Shown piece by piece: positions 1 to 11,031 of a DNA stretch of 64,000 nucleotides. Both the position numbers and the translations under genes were made by a program. The notes beneath the pieces were generated by a model, which saw nothing but the letters and a program-made list of their open reading frames with translations, ran no database searches and was not told where the DNA came from. Source of the stretch: Beijerinckiaceae bacterium (lineage in GTDB: Bacteria > Pseudomonadota > Alphaproteobacteria > Rhizobiales > Beijerinckiaceae); NCBI GenBank assembly GCA_035949255.1, contig DASZIL010000151.1, forward strand, positions 9,218 to 73,217. The letters run 5' to 3'. Position 1 is the stretch's first letter, and the number at the start of each line of letters is the position of its first letter.

Positions 1-896
1 GGCTCGGCCACCTGAAAGATGCGGCCCGGTGTGGATTTGCGGCCGCGAACGCGCACGCCGCTCGGACGCATGCCGAGGAATTTGCCGGCCTGATGCTCGG
101 AAAGCACGCCGGTGATGTGGTCGTCCACCACGATCACCTCGTCGACTTCTCCATGCCATTGGCGCGCGAAGATGCCGATCGTCGCCGAGCCGCAGCCGAC
201 GCGCATGCGCTCTTCCTTGACCCCGTTGACGATCGGCGCGGCGCCGGCCTGGAGAACGACGCTGGCGCCGCCGTCGATCGTCATTTCCACGGCTTCGCAA
301 TTGCATAGCGCGAGGAGCGCGTCGCAAGTGACATTGCCCTCCGCCTTGCTGCCGCCGGTGAGGTGGCGCACCCCGCCGAGCGCAAGCATCTGGGAGCCAT
401 ATTCGGCGGTGGTGACATGGCCGACCTGCTCACCGCGAACGCGCACGGGCGCCGATTCCGGACCGAGGTGACGGTCCGTATCGATCTTCGCCTTGACGCC
501 GCAATAGCTGAAGATGCCCTCCGTCACGACGGTGACCGTGTCGACGCCTTCATAGTCTCCGGAGACGATGAAAGGCGCGGGCTTGTAGTCGGGATAGGTG
601 GTTCCGGCCCCGATGCCGGTGATCAAGGCGTCCTCCTGCAGCAGCAGGCCGCCATCCCAATCGGCAGCGGCATCAAGAAAAGGCCGCACGCTCCCACCCT
701 CGGCAGCGACGCGCCGCGTCAGCACGATCGGATCGGTGCGCACGAGGCGCCCGTCCTCATTGGCATACCGCGAGCAGGCACCCGCCCTCCCCGGCCGGAT
801 GCGGCAGAGAACCGGGCAGGCGTGGCAGCGCACGATGCCTTCATCGCCTTCCTCGCGGGCGCCGAATTTCTCGGTCTGGTCGCGGAACGCGTTCAT
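1..896 (-). CDS. hnr: 6-hydroxynicotinate reductase (3' end beyond window)
   Basis: Not in the ORF track because it has no stop in the window. Manual translation from ATG at 896 gives MNAFRDQ...CHACPVLCRIRPGRAGACSRYAN...GIGAGTTYPDYKPAPFIVS...TEGIFSYCGVK...RMRVGCGSATIG, motifs I recognise from Hnr. It starts 3 nt after the molybdoenzyme stop (TGA-AGG-ATG). Confidence 0.85.
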   Translation of the reverse strand, partial: MNAFRDQTEKFGAREEGDEGIVRCHACPVLCRIRPGRAGACSRYANEDGRLVRTDPIVLTRRVAAEGGSVRPFLDAAADWDGGLLLQEDALITGIGAGTTYPDYKPAPFIVSGDYEGVDTVTVVTEGIFSYCGVKAKIDTDRHLGPESAPVRVRGEQVGHVTTAEYGSQMLALGGVRHLTGGSKAEGNVTCDALLALCNCEAVEMTIDGGASVVLQAGAAPIVNGVKEERMRVGCGSATIGIFARQWHGEVDEVIVVDDHITGVLSEHQAGKFLGMRPSGVRVRGRKSTPGRIFQVAE

Positions 897-899
897 CCT

Positions 900-3740
900 T
901 CAGATCTCCAACGCGACGCCGGCGGCTTCGAGCGCCGCGCGGACACGGTGCGGGAGCGCCGGAATCTCACGGATCGAGACGCCGGTCGCATGGCGGATCG
1001 CGCCGAGGATGGCGGGCGCCGCGGGGACGAGGGCCGGCTCTCCGACGCCCTTGGCGCCAAAGGGGCCAAGCGGCTCCGGAGACTCGACGAGGATGATGTC
1101 GATCGGGGGAACATCGCCGAAGCTCGGGATAAGATAATCGTGCAGGTTCTCGGTCCGCCCGGGGACGTATTCTTCCATGAGCGCTAGCCCGATGCCTTGC
1201 GCGATCCCGCCATGGATTTGGCCTTCGACCAAGGTCGGGTTGATGGCCCGCCCGACGTCATGGGCCGCGACGAAATGGTCGAGCCGCACCGTGCCCAAGC
1301 CCATGTCGACGTCGAGCGCCACGATCTGGGCCGCAAAGCCGTAGGTCGCGTAAGGCACGCCCTGCCCCTTCACGTCGAGAGGCTCGGTCGGCGGGTCGAA
1401 ATCCCCCACGCCTTCGAAGACGACGCCGTCGTGGCCGCTCGGCCAGGAGGCAAGATCGATGACCGAGCTTTCGCCCTTCACATCGACCGTGAGACGCGAG
1501 CCTTGAAGTGAAAGTCGCGCGTCCGGCCCGGCATTGGTGTGCCGCAAGATTTCCGCCCGCAAGGCAAGCGCCGCATTCTCGGCGGCCTTGCCGGAGACGA
1601 AGGTCTGGCGCGAGGCCGAGGATTTGCCGGCGTCGGCCGTCCGGTCGGTGTCTCCGCTGACGAGCGTGAAGACTGTGACCGGCAATCCGAGAGCGTCGGC
1701 GGCGATCTGCGTCAGCACCGTCGTCGAGCCTTGCCCGATGTCGACCGCGCCGTTGAAGAAGGTGAGCTTTCCTTCACGGGTCACGGTGAGGCGCATGCGC
1801 GAAGGGTTCGAAAGCGCGGTATTGCCGATCCCGTACCACATGCAGGCGATGCCGACGCCGCGGCGCATGACGGCGCGCTTCGCGTTGAGCGTCCGAGCCT
1901 CATCGAGCATCCGTTTCCAATTCGGGCGCAGCGCCTCGAGACAGCGATCGAGGCCGACGCTTGCTTGCAATACTTGCCCGGTCGCCGTCTCGTCCGCCAC
2001 CCGCAAGGCGTTGAGCAACCGGAATTCGAGCCGGTCGAGCCCGCATTTCTCGGCGAGCTCGTCATAGAGCGCTTCATGGGCGATCGCGGCCTGCGGCACG
2101 CCAAAACCGCGAAAGGCGCCGGCGATCGGCCCGTTACTGTAGATGGCGCGCGCACGATTGAGCACATTCGGCACCCGATAAGGCCCTGTCCCGTGCACCG
2201 GCACCCGCCCCGCGACGGTCGGCCCCCATGACGCATAGGCGCCCGTGTCGAAATCCGCCTCCATGGCATAAGCGGTGATCCGCCCTTCGGCATCGCAAGC
2301 AGCGCGTGCCGAAATGGCGGAGGGATGGCGCTTCGTCGTCGCGGCCATGGATTCGGGGCGTGTGTAGACCGAGCGGACAGGCACGCCCATCTGCCAGGCC
2401 GCGATGGCGAGCATGGGCTGCAAGGAGACATCGAGCTTGCCCCCGAAGCCTCCCCCGCATGCCGAGGGAACGATCCGAACATCGCCGGGCTCGACGCCGA
2501 GAACGCGCGCGACCTCGTCGCGGCTCATGTAAGGGGCTTGGGTCGAGGCAAAGACCTCGACGCGATCGCCGACGCGCCGCGCGAAGCCAGCCTCGGGCTC
2601 GATATAGGCGTGCTCGACGAAGCCCGTCGAGAACACACCTTCCGCCACATGGGCCGAACCATGAAAAGCGCTATCGACGTCTCCCTTCTCGACCCAGCCG
2701 CGCACGAGCACATTGTCCGGGCGTGAGACATGCACCGCATGGGCATTGGGCGAGAGCGCGGCTTCGAGCCCGATGAGCGCCTCGAGCGGCTCCCAGCGGA
2801 TCGGAAAGCGGGCGACATCGAAGCCGTCGATCGCGGCGCGCTCGCCGATGATGGCCGCCACGGCCTCCCCACGGTATCGCGTCTCGCCTTCAGCGAACAC
2901 GGGCTGATCCTTCATATCGGGAAAGATGCCGAAGGAATTCTCGCCCGGCACATCCGCGGCGGTGAGCACGCGGAAAATCCCCGGCTCGTTCGACACGAAG
3001 GCGCCAAGATCGCCGATGCTGAAGCGTGCGCGCGCATGAGGCGAGCGAATGGCCCGGAGCCAGAGCGCGTCTTGCGGAGCCTTGTCCGCACCATAGGTCT
3101 CGCTGCCGTCGAGCTTGGGAAGGCCGTCGAGGCGCGCCACCCTGGCCCCAACCGCGACGGCGCTTGTCGCCGGACGCGTCTCGTACGCCGTAGCGACCGC
3201 CGGCGAGGCGTCTCCATCTCCTGTCGGCAAGAGGACATCTTCCGCCAGCCCTTCATCGGGCTCGAGGAAGCGTTGAGCGTCGAGCACGGCCTCGCAAATC
3301 TTGAGATAGCCCGTGCAACGGCACAGCACGCCGCCGAGCGCGGCCTCGATCATGGGGAGGCTCAGCTTCTCGACACGGCGCAAGAGATCGAGCGAAGCCA
3401 TCAACATGCCGGGGGTGCAGATGCCGCATTGGGCGGCGCCGTGATGATGAAACGAGCGCTGCAGCGCCCGCCCGATCGGATCGTTCGCGATGCCCTCGAT
3501 GGTCTGCACCCGCCTGCCCTCGAGCTGCGCCGCCGCAACGAGGCAGGCGCAGGCCTGCTCCTCGTCGATGAGCACGGTGCAGGCGCCGCAATCGCCGGCG
3601 TCGCAGCCGACCTTGGTGCCGGTGAGGCCGAGCTCCTCGCGCAGCAGGCGCGACAAACGCATATCGGGACGCGCGGCGACCTCGACCTTCTTGTCGTTGA
3701 CGGTGAGCACGACCGCGCCCGTGAATTCTTCAGGCGTCAT
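900..3740 (-). CDS. Xanthine dehydrogenase family molybdoenzyme with N-terminal 2x[2Fe-2S] domain fused to the Mo-binding subunit; probable nicotinate dehydrogenase S+L
   Basis: GTKVGCDAGDCGACTV, QCGICTPG and LCRCTGY Fe-S motifs; GGGFGGK, AFRGFG.PQ and KGVGE Moco motifs. Substrate inferred from the adjacent hnr. Confidence 0.85.
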   Translation of the reverse strand: MTPEEFTGAVVLTVNDKKVEVAARPDMRLSRLLREELGLTGTKVGCDAGDCGACTVLIDEEQACACLVAAAQLEGRRVQTIEGIANDPIGRALQRSFHHHGAAQCGICTPGMLMASLDLLRRVEKLSLPMIEAALGGVLCRCTGYLKICEAVLDAQRFLEPDEGLAEDVLLPTGDGDASPAVATAYETRPATSAVAVGARVARLDGLPKLDGSETYGADKAPQDALWLRAIRSPHARARFSIGDLGAFVSNEPGIFRVLTAADVPGENSFGIFPDMKDQPVFAEGETRYRGEAVAAIIGERAAIDGFDVARFPIRWEPLEALIGLEAALSPNAHAVHVSRPDNVLVRGWVEKGDVDSAFHGSAHVAEGVFSTGFVEHAYIEPEAGFARRVGDRVEVFASTQAPYMSRDEVARVLGVEPGDVRIVPSACGGGFGGKLDVSLQPMLAIAAWQMGVPVRSVYTRPESMAATTKRHPSAISARAACDAEGRITAYAMEADFDTGAYASWGPTVAGRVPVHGTGPYRVPNVLNRARAIYSNGPIAGAFRGFGVPQAAIAHEALYDELAEKCGLDRLEFRLLNALRVADETATGQVLQASVGLDRCLEALRPNWKRMLDEARTLNAKRAVMRRGVGIACMWYGIGNTALSNPSRMRLTVTREGKLTFFNGAVDIGQGSTTVLTQIAADALGLPVTVFTLVSGDTDRTADAGKSSASRQTFVSGKAAENAALALRAEILRHTNAGPDARLSLQGSRLTVDVKGESSVIDLASWPSGHDGVVFEGVGDFDPPTEPLDVKGQGVPYATYGFAAQIVALDVDMGLGTVRLDHFVAAHDVGRAINPTLVEGQIHGGIAQGIGLALMEEYVPGRTENLHDYLIPSFGDVPPIDIILVESPEPLGPFGAKGVGEPALVPAAPAILGAIRHATGVSIREIPALPHRVRAALEAAGVALEI

Positions 3741-4642
3741 GCCGCGACCCTCCCGGCTCGCGGCTCAATGAAAGCGGCGAGCGCGCGCCGCACCAGGATA
3801 CGCGCGGCGTCCCGCCGATAATGCGCGCTGGCGCGCACATCATCGAGCGGCGCCAAGACCGAAAACAGCCCAGGCGTGACACGCTCGAGAAGCGAGAGGT
3901 CAAGCCTCTCTCCGCGCAGCTCCGCTTCGAGCGCGGCGAGGCGCGTGGGCACGGCCGATGCGGCCCCGACCGTGATGCGGATATCGGCAATGCTTCCGTC
4001 CGCGGCCTCATCGAGGAGCATGGCGACCGATACGATCGAGATCACGAGATGGGAGCGCGCGCCGAGCTTCAAGAAAAGCGAGCGCGAAGTCGCGTGATGG
4101 GCCGGAACGCGGATCGCGACGACGAGCTCGTCGCCGGCAAGATCGGTGTGTCGGTTTCCGCGAATGAAGGTCGCGAGCGGCAGGCGACGCTCGCCGCGCA
4201 CAGAGGCGATCTCGACCTCCGCATCGAGCGCCAGCAAGGGGGGCACACCATCCGCCGCCGGAGAGGCGTTGACGATATTGCCGCCGAGCGTCCCGCGATT
4301 TTGGATCTGCAAGCCTCCGATCTGAAGCGCGGCTCGTTTGAGCGCATCGAAGGCGGCGGGCAGCCGCGTCGCAACGATATCGGTCCAGCTCGTGGCGGCG
4401 CCGATCGAAAGCGCCCGCCCGTCCCGCCGCATGCCCTTGAGTTCCGGGATCTGCGTGATGTCGAGGAAATCGCGTGGGAAACTCTCGAGCCAAGCCTGTT
4501 TGCCGGCCCGCGTCGGGTAGATGTCGGTGCCGCCCGCGAGGACCGTGAGCGGATGAGCCGAGCGGCCCTTGCCGGAACGGGCAGCCTGCGCAAGCGTCGT
4601 GAGCGCCGACTTCAACGAGGCTGGACGCAGATAGATCGGCAT
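3737..4642 (-). CDS. FAD-binding (medium) subunit of xanthine dehydrogenase family enzyme
   Basis: LAGGTD, IQNRGTLGGNIVNASPAADG and DDVRASAHYR motifs; 4-nt overlap with the Mo subunit gene. Confidence 0.9.
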   Translation of the reverse strand: MPIYLRPASLKSALTTLAQAARSGKGRSAHPLTVLAGGTDIYPTRAGKQAWLESFPRDFLDITQIPELKGMRRDGRALSIGAATSWTDIVATRLPAAFDALKRAALQIGGLQIQNRGTLGGNIVNASPAADGVPPLLALDAEVEIASVRGERRLPLATFIRGNRHTDLAGDELVVAIRVPAHHATSRSLFLKLGARSHLVISIVSVAMLLDEAADGSIADIRITVGAASAVPTRLAALEAELRGERLDLSLLERVTPGLFSVLAPLDDVRASAHYRRDAARILVRRALAAFIEPRAGRVAA

Positions 4643-4751
4643 CGCCTCATGCTCCCGTCCTGGCCGTTTCTTCCGCCATCGAAACCAGCCCTATCCGAAG
4701 GCATCTCGGGAAAGTTGCTCTCGAGCCTTTCGCGTCTTGTGCCTCCCGGCC

Positions 4752-5828
<1,077 letters not shown>

Positions 5829-5850
5829 TCAATCTCCATCCGGGTCGAAA

Positions 5851-5868
5851 TCATTCGTATACGAATGA
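5851..5868. promoter_or_regulatory. Perfect 18-bp palindrome, candidate operator
   Basis: TCATTCGTATACGAATGA is its own reverse complement and lies 26-43 nt upstream of the FNR start codon. Confidence 0.6.
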
Positions 5869-6083
5869 ATAGCAAATCCTCGAACTGCCTGCAATGACCC
5901 GTAGATAAGGCTTGTGCGCGATGGAGGGAAGCTCGGACATGGGCAGCAAGGCGCGCATCCGAGGCATGAGAGCTACGGTACGCATAATCGTCGCCCAAAT
6001 CGGAGCGGGTCATGCCGTCGAGGAAATTCTGGCCGACGACTCTTAGCTTGAGCGAAGACGTCATGCTGGCGCTACGCCATGCC

Positions 6084-6111
6084 GCGTGGCGTGGCGTGGC
6101 GTGGCGTGGCG
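6084..6111. repeat. (GCGTG)5 pentanucleotide tandem repeat
   Basis: Five perfect GCGTG units plus GCG in the marR-FNR intergenic region. Confidence 0.9.
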
Positions 6112-6237
6112 AGCCGAGGCGGACGCGTTGTGTATTGTCATTGCGAACTGAAGGATAAGATGGGCGGTTCTTGAACGAATCCGCATGCCAACAGCTTTTT
6201 CAGCCTGGGAAGGCGCCACCCCGCCCGAGCATCAGGG

Positions 6238-6666
6238 CTACACGATCCTGCCCAACAGCGAGATGAGGCGGCGCTGCTCGCTCGGTGATAGCGGGGCGAG
6301 GGTCGCCGTGGTCGCTGCGCGCGCCTTGTCGATGAGGCGCGCGACAAGCGCTAGCCCCTCCCCGCTCAGGCGAAGGCGGACGCGCCGCTTATCGATAGGG
6401 TCCTGGGCGCGCTCGATGAGGCCGCGCTCGATGAGGCGCGTCACCACGCCCTTCGTCGTCGCCGGGTCCATTCCGGTGAGCCTGCCGAGATGGTTTTGCG
6501 AGAGCTCTTTGGATTCACCGAGCTTGACGAGGGCGGCGAACTGGGTCGGGGTCGGCCCGTCCTCGCCCATCTCCGCAATGAAGATCGCGACGTGGCGCTG
6601 ATGCGCGCGGCGCAGCAAATGGCCGATCTGCGCCTCGAGCCGATAGGTTTCGGAACGAGGCGGCAT
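6238..6666 (-). CDS. MarR family regulator, NicR/BpsR-like
   Basis: LEAQIGHLLRRAHQRHVAIF N-terminal helix, SQNHLGRLTGMDPATTKGVVTRL HTH and DPIDKRR wing. Confidence 0.85.
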   Translation of the reverse strand: MPPRSETYRLEAQIGHLLRRAHQRHVAIFIAEMGEDGPTPTQFAALVKLGESKELSQNHLGRLTGMDPATTKGVVTRLIERGLIERAQDPIDKRRVRLRLSGEGLALVARLIDKARAATTATLAPLSPSEQRRLISLLGRIV

Positions 6667-6669
6667 CGC

Positions 6670-7968
6670 CTACATCCGGCTCGGCAAATAGGTCGCGATG
6701 ATCGGGAGCGCGATCAGGATCACGAGGCGAAGCATGTCGGCGATGATGAACGGAATGACGCCCTTGAAGATAGTTGCGAATTTCACGTCCTTCACGACGC
6801 TCTTGATGACGAAGACGTTCATGCCGACCGGAGGGTGGATGAGGCCGAGCTCGACCGTCATCACGATGATCACCCCGAACCAGATGGGATCGAAGCCAAG
6901 CGACGTCACCACCGGGAAGATGATGGGCACGGTGAGGATGATCATCGCCATGGCGTCCATCAGGCAGCCGAGCACGAGATACATGAGCATGATCAGCGCG
7001 AGCACGCCGTAAGGGCCAAGCCCAAGACCCGTCATGAACTCGGTGACCTTTTGCGGCACCTGCGTGACGGTGAGAAAATAGCCGAAGAGGAGTGCGCCGA
7101 TCAGCACGGTGAACACGGCGGCGGCCGTGCGCGTCGCTTGCAACAGCGAGGCGCGGATTTCGGCACGCGAGAGCCGCCCGCGCGCGACGCCGAGGAGGAA
7201 GGCGCCTCCGGCCCCGACGCCGCCCGCCTCGGTGGGCGTGAAAATTCCCCCGTAAAGCCCACCGACGACGAAGACGAACAACAGTAGGGGCGCCCAGACA
7301 TCGCGCAACCCCGCGAGGCGTTCCCGCCACTCGCTCTTCGGCCCGGCCGGAAGAAATCCCGGACGCACAGCGCCGATCACGCCGATCGTCGCAATGTGCA
7401 TCGAGATGGCGAGAAGCCCTGGCAATATTCCGGCGACGAAGAGCTTGCCGATGTCTTGCTGGGTGATGATGCCGTAAACGGCTAGCACGGTCGAGGGCGG
7501 CAGCATGGCACCGAGCGTGCCGCCGGCGGCGATCACCCCCGTGGCGAAGGATTGCGGATAGCCGTAGCGGCGCATCTCGGGATAGGCGACGGAGGAGAAG
7601 GTCGCGGCAGTCGCCACGGAGGAGCCGGAAATCGCGGCAAACCCCGCGCAGGCCGCGATCGTCGCGACCCCGAGCCCACCCTTGCGATGGCCGACGAATG
7701 TGTTCGCCGCACGGAATAATTCGCTGCTGATGCCCGAAGTCGAGACGAACGCGCCCATCAGCAGGAACATCGGGATCACGCCGAAGGTGTAGTCAGTGAC
7801 GGTGCGCATCGAGGTTTGGCCGATGAGCTTCAAGGCGGGTCCCGAACCGACGAGATAGCCAAATCCGGTAACGCCGACGAGCCCCATGGCCATGCCGACC
7901 GGGACGCGAAGCAGCATGAGCGCGAAAAGAACGATGAAGCCAATGACGGCTACGCTGTCGGCGCTCAT
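6670..7968 (-). CDS. dctM: TRAP transporter large permease
   Basis: Highly hydrophobic; SGSSVATAA, GGTLGAMLPPS, FTPTEAG and LIHPPVGMNVFV motifs. Confidence 0.95.
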   Translation of the reverse strand: MSADSVAVIGFIVLFALMLLRVPVGMAMGLVGVTGFGYLVGSGPALKLIGQTSMRTVTDYTFGVIPMFLLMGAFVSTSGISSELFRAANTFVGHRKGGLGVATIAACAGFAAISGSSVATAATFSSVAYPEMRRYGYPQSFATGVIAAGGTLGAMLPPSTVLAVYGIITQQDIGKLFVAGILPGLLAISMHIATIGVIGAVRPGFLPAGPKSEWRERLAGLRDVWAPLLLFVFVVGGLYGGIFTPTEAGGVGAGGAFLLGVARGRLSRAEIRASLLQATRTAAAVFTVLIGALLFGYFLTVTQVPQKVTEFMTGLGLGPYGVLALIMLMYLVLGCLMDAMAMIILTVPIIFPVVTSLGFDPIWFGVIIVMTVELGLIHPPVGMNVFVIKSVVKDVKFATIFKGVIPFIIADMLRLVILIALPIIATYLPSRM

Positions 7969-8035
7969 GGGCGAAGGGCCCGTTCATCTAGATAGGTCAG
8001 GGGCTTGCCCGCAAGGGGGACACACGTGCAGAGGG

Positions 8036-8605
8036 TCATTCGACGGGCTTCAACGGCACGCGGCTGAAGCTGCCGGGCTGGAAGATCAGGCGCCATGTCC
8101 TGATCGCGATCAGGAGAACGGCCGATACATCCCCCACCCAGGCGACCGCGAAGAACGGCCAGGTCGGCAGATGCAGATCATAGGTGAGCACATTATCGGC
8201 TCGCGTCTGCGCTACCTTGTCGAACAACGTCGCCGTCTGCACCGTCACCACGAACAGAAGAACGAGGGTGGCGAAGATGTCGATGGCTCGTTGATATTTC
8301 GGGGAGGCCGCCGACCAGACGAGATCGACCGTGATATGCGTGCCGCGATAGCTCGTCGCCGCGATGCCCCAGAAGATCAGGATCCCGAGCAGCAACCGGC
8401 CGAAATCATAGCTGTCGGGGATCGAGGTCGAGAAGAATTTCCGCAACAGCACCGAGATGAAGGTATCGGCGGCGACAAGGCCGACGAAGATCGCGGCGAG
8501 AAGCTCGATGCCGTCGATGAAACGATCCATGAGGCCACGCGGGGGTGCGCTCGCGGCCGCCGCGTCGACGGACTTCTCGTCAGAGAGGGGCCGCGGTCCC
8601 GCCAT
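8036..8605 (-). CDS. dctQ: TRAP transporter small permease
   Basis: Four TM segments, HITVDL motif; lies between dctP and dctM. Confidence 0.9.
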   Translation of the reverse strand: MAGPRPLSDEKSVDAAAASAPPRGLMDRFIDGIELLAAIFVGLVAADTFISVLLRKFFSTSIPDSYDFGRLLLGILIFWGIAATSYRGTHITVDLVWSAASPKYQRAIDIFATLVLLFVVTVQTATLFDKVAQTRADNVLTYDLHLPTWPFFAVAWVGDVSAVLLIAIRTWRLIFQPGSFSRVPLKPVE

Positions 8606-8641
8606 GGCTCGTCCGGATCGAGGACGCTTGACGCGAGCGCT

Positions 8642-9670
8642 CTAATAACCGGCCTTGTATTTTTCGAGCGTCGCCGTGAGATCGGCGAAAGCCTTGTCGG
8701 GATCAACTCCGGCCTTCTTCGCGCCTTCGGCCCATTTCGCCTTCAAGGGCTCGGTCGCTTTTCTCCAGGCGTCCACCTGCTCGCTTGTGAGCTGATAGAC
8801 GTCATGGCCAGCCTCGGCCCTCACCCTGTCTCGTCCGGCATGCTCGAAATCGGCCCAGGGGCTCGCGAAACGCTGCGCCCACTCGGTGCTGCAATGATCG
8901 TCGATCACCTTCTTTTGCGCGGGCGACATGTCGTCATAGGTCTTCTTGTTCATCACCCACACGAAGTCCGAGACATAGAGCGGCGCGTCCATGTGGAATT
9001 TCACCACCTTGTCGATGCCGAAGAGCACGAGCGAACCCCAGGGAAATGTGATCGCGTCGGCAACGCCGCGCTCGAGCGCATCGCGCGATTCGGGCGCGGA
9101 GGCTTGCACATTGGTGCCGCCGAGCGAGACGACCAAGGCGCCGATCGTGGCATTGGCCGGCCTGACCTTCAAGCCGCTGATGTCGGAAGGAAGGAGGATT
9201 TTCTTGTGAGCGTGGATGCCGCTGGGGTCATGCACGAAGGCGAAACAATAGTGCACATCCTTCATCTCTTGGGCCGCATAGGGACGATACCAGGCGTCGA
9301 GCGCGGCCGAGCCGGTATGAGCGTCCGAGATGAGGAAGGGCAATTCTCCCGCTGCGATAACGGGGAAACGGCCCGGCTGATAGCCGGGGTTGACGTAGGA
9401 GAAGTCGGCAATGCCGTCACGCGCCATGTCGTAATGGTCGAATGCCTTCCCCAATTGCTCGGAAGGAAAGACGAGGTAGTTGATCGAGCCGTTGGATGCC
9501 TTCTTCACATCCTCGGCCCAATCCTGGATCGCCTTCTGCAGCGGGTGTGAGGCCGGCACCCAATGGGAAAGCTTGAGCGTCACCGGCTTGTCCTGCGCCC
9601 AAGCGGGCACGGCCGAAGCGGGCACGGCCGCGACGAGCAGGGCCGCCATGGCGGCTGCAAATGTCTTCAT
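8642..9670 (-). CDS. dctP: TRAP transporter substrate-binding protein (aromatic-acid type)
   Basis: Signal peptide MKTFAAAMAALLVAAVPASA, LKLSHWVPASHP, YQPGRFP and GLKVRP. Start set to the ATG at 9670, which has a well-spaced GGAGG; the track start is further upstream. Confidence 0.9.
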   Translation of the reverse strand: MKTFAAAMAALLVAAVPASAVPAWAQDKPVTLKLSHWVPASHPLQKAIQDWAEDVKKASNGSINYLVFPSEQLGKAFDHYDMARDGIADFSYVNPGYQPGRFPVIAAGELPFLISDAHTGSAALDAWYRPYAAQEMKDVHYCFAFVHDPSGIHAHKKILLPSDISGLKVRPANATIGALVVSLGGTNVQASAPESRDALERGVADAITFPWGSLVLFGIDKVVKFHMDAPLYVSDFVWVMNKKTYDDMSPAQKKVIDDHCSTEWAQRFASPWADFEHAGRDRVRAEAGHDVYQLTSEQVDAWRKATEPLKAKWAEGAKKAGVDPDKAFADLTATLEKYKAGY

Positions 9671-9846
9671 TGGCCTCATCCTCCCTCGGTCGCGCCGTCC
9701 TTTGTCGCATCTTGGCGCGCCGGCTTTTGCCGGAGATTTCTCGTATCGGCAGCAAGCGCGCGGCGTCAAGCTCGGCGCCTTCAGGAGAGGCCCTGCCATC
9801 GTCGTTCCACTCACTCTCGCGGGCTTGTTCTCGTGCTTTCGCAACC

Positions 9847-11031
9847 TCATTTCACGTAAGGCATGCCGACGTAATTCTCGGCGAGGCTTTGCGCCGCCGC
9901 GCGCGAGCTCACGACATAGTCGAGCTGCGAGCGCTGGAGCTTCTGGCCGAAGCCGTCCTCATCGGGAAATTTGTGCAGCATCGAGGTCATGAACCAGGAA
10001 AAATGCTCGGCGCGCCACACCCGTTGCAGGCAGGTCGCCGAATAGCCGTCGAGGAGATCGGTCCGGTTCTCACGGTAAAAAGCGCTGAGCGCCTCTGACA
10101 GGACACGCACATCGGCGACGGCGAGGTTCATGCCCTTGGCCCCCGTCGGCGGCACGATATGGGCGGCATCGCCCGCGAGGAACAGCCGGCCGTGACGCAT
10201 CGGCTCGGTAACGAAGCTGCGCATGCCCGTGACGCCCTTCTCCAGCACCGTGCCTTCATGGACCGTGTCGCCCGCGGCGGTGCGCAGCCGCCGGTGCAGC
10301 TCTTCCCAAATGCGGGCATCCGGCCAAAGCTCGAGATTCTCATCGGGCCGGCATTGCAGATAAAGCCGCGCGACCTCATGCGAGCGCATGCTCGAGAGAG
10401 CAAAGCCCCGAGGGTGGTTGACGTAGATCACCTCTTCGGATGCCGGCTCCGCCTTCGCAAGGATGCCGAGCCAGGCGAAGGGATAGACGCGATCGTAAAC
10501 CGTAATCGAGCCTTGCGGAATGGACGGCCGGCAGATGCCGTGAAATCCATCGCAGCCCGCGATGAAGTCGCAGGCGATTTCGCCTTGCTCTCCCGCCCGT
10601 GTGAAGGTGATGCGCGCCCGCTCGTCCTCGAAATCGTGAACGGCGGCATTCTCGGCCTCGAACAGGATCGCGCCCTTGTCCTCGAGACGCTGCGCGATCA
10701 GATCCTTCACCACCTCCTGCTGGCCGTAGACGGTGATCACCTTGCCGCCCGTCAGTTCCTTGAGATCAAGGCGGTGGCGATGCTCGCCGATCTGGATCTG
10801 GATGCCCTCATGCACGAGGCCTTCTCGTCGAAGCCGGGTATCGAGGCCGGCTTCGCGCAAGATGTCGACGCTGCCCTGCTCGAGCACGCCCGCGCGCACG
10901 CGATTCTCGACGTAGGCGCGGCTTCGTGCCTCGACCACGATCGAGTCGATGCCGTGAAGGTGCAAGAGATGCGACAGCAGCAATCCCGCCGGCCCCGCTC
11001 CGACGATGCCGACTTGTGTGCGTTCGCGCAT
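9847..11031 (-). CDS. pobA: 4-hydroxybenzoate 3-monooxygenase
   Basis: RVRAGVLEQG, YGQQEV, DFIAGCDGFHG, GDAAHIVPPTGAKGMNLA and AENYVG motifs. Confidence 0.92.
   Translation of the reverse strand: MRERTQVGIVGAGPAGLLLSHLLHLHGIDSIVVEARSRAYVENRVRAGVLEQGSVDILREAGLDTRLRREGLVHEGIQIQIGEHRHRLDLKELTGGKVITVYGQQEVVKDLIAQRLEDKGAILFEAENAAVHDFEDERARITFTRAGEQGEIACDFIAGCDGFHGICRPSIPQGSITVYDRVYPFAWLGILAKAEPASEEVIYVNHPRGFALSSMRSHEVARLYLQCRPDENLELWPDARIWEELHRRLRTAAGDTVHEGTVLEKGVTGMRSFVTEPMRHGRLFLAGDAAHIVPPTGAKGMNLAVADVRVLSEALSAFYRENRTDLLDGYSATCLQRVWRAEHFSWFMTSMLHKFPDEDGFGQKLQRSQLDYVVSSRAAAQSLAENYVGMPYVK

Noticed and set aside
363-3821. Numerous long overlapping ORFs opposite real genes (here and throughout the window)
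   Set aside because: These are expected antisense shadows of high-GC codon bias and carry no family motifs.
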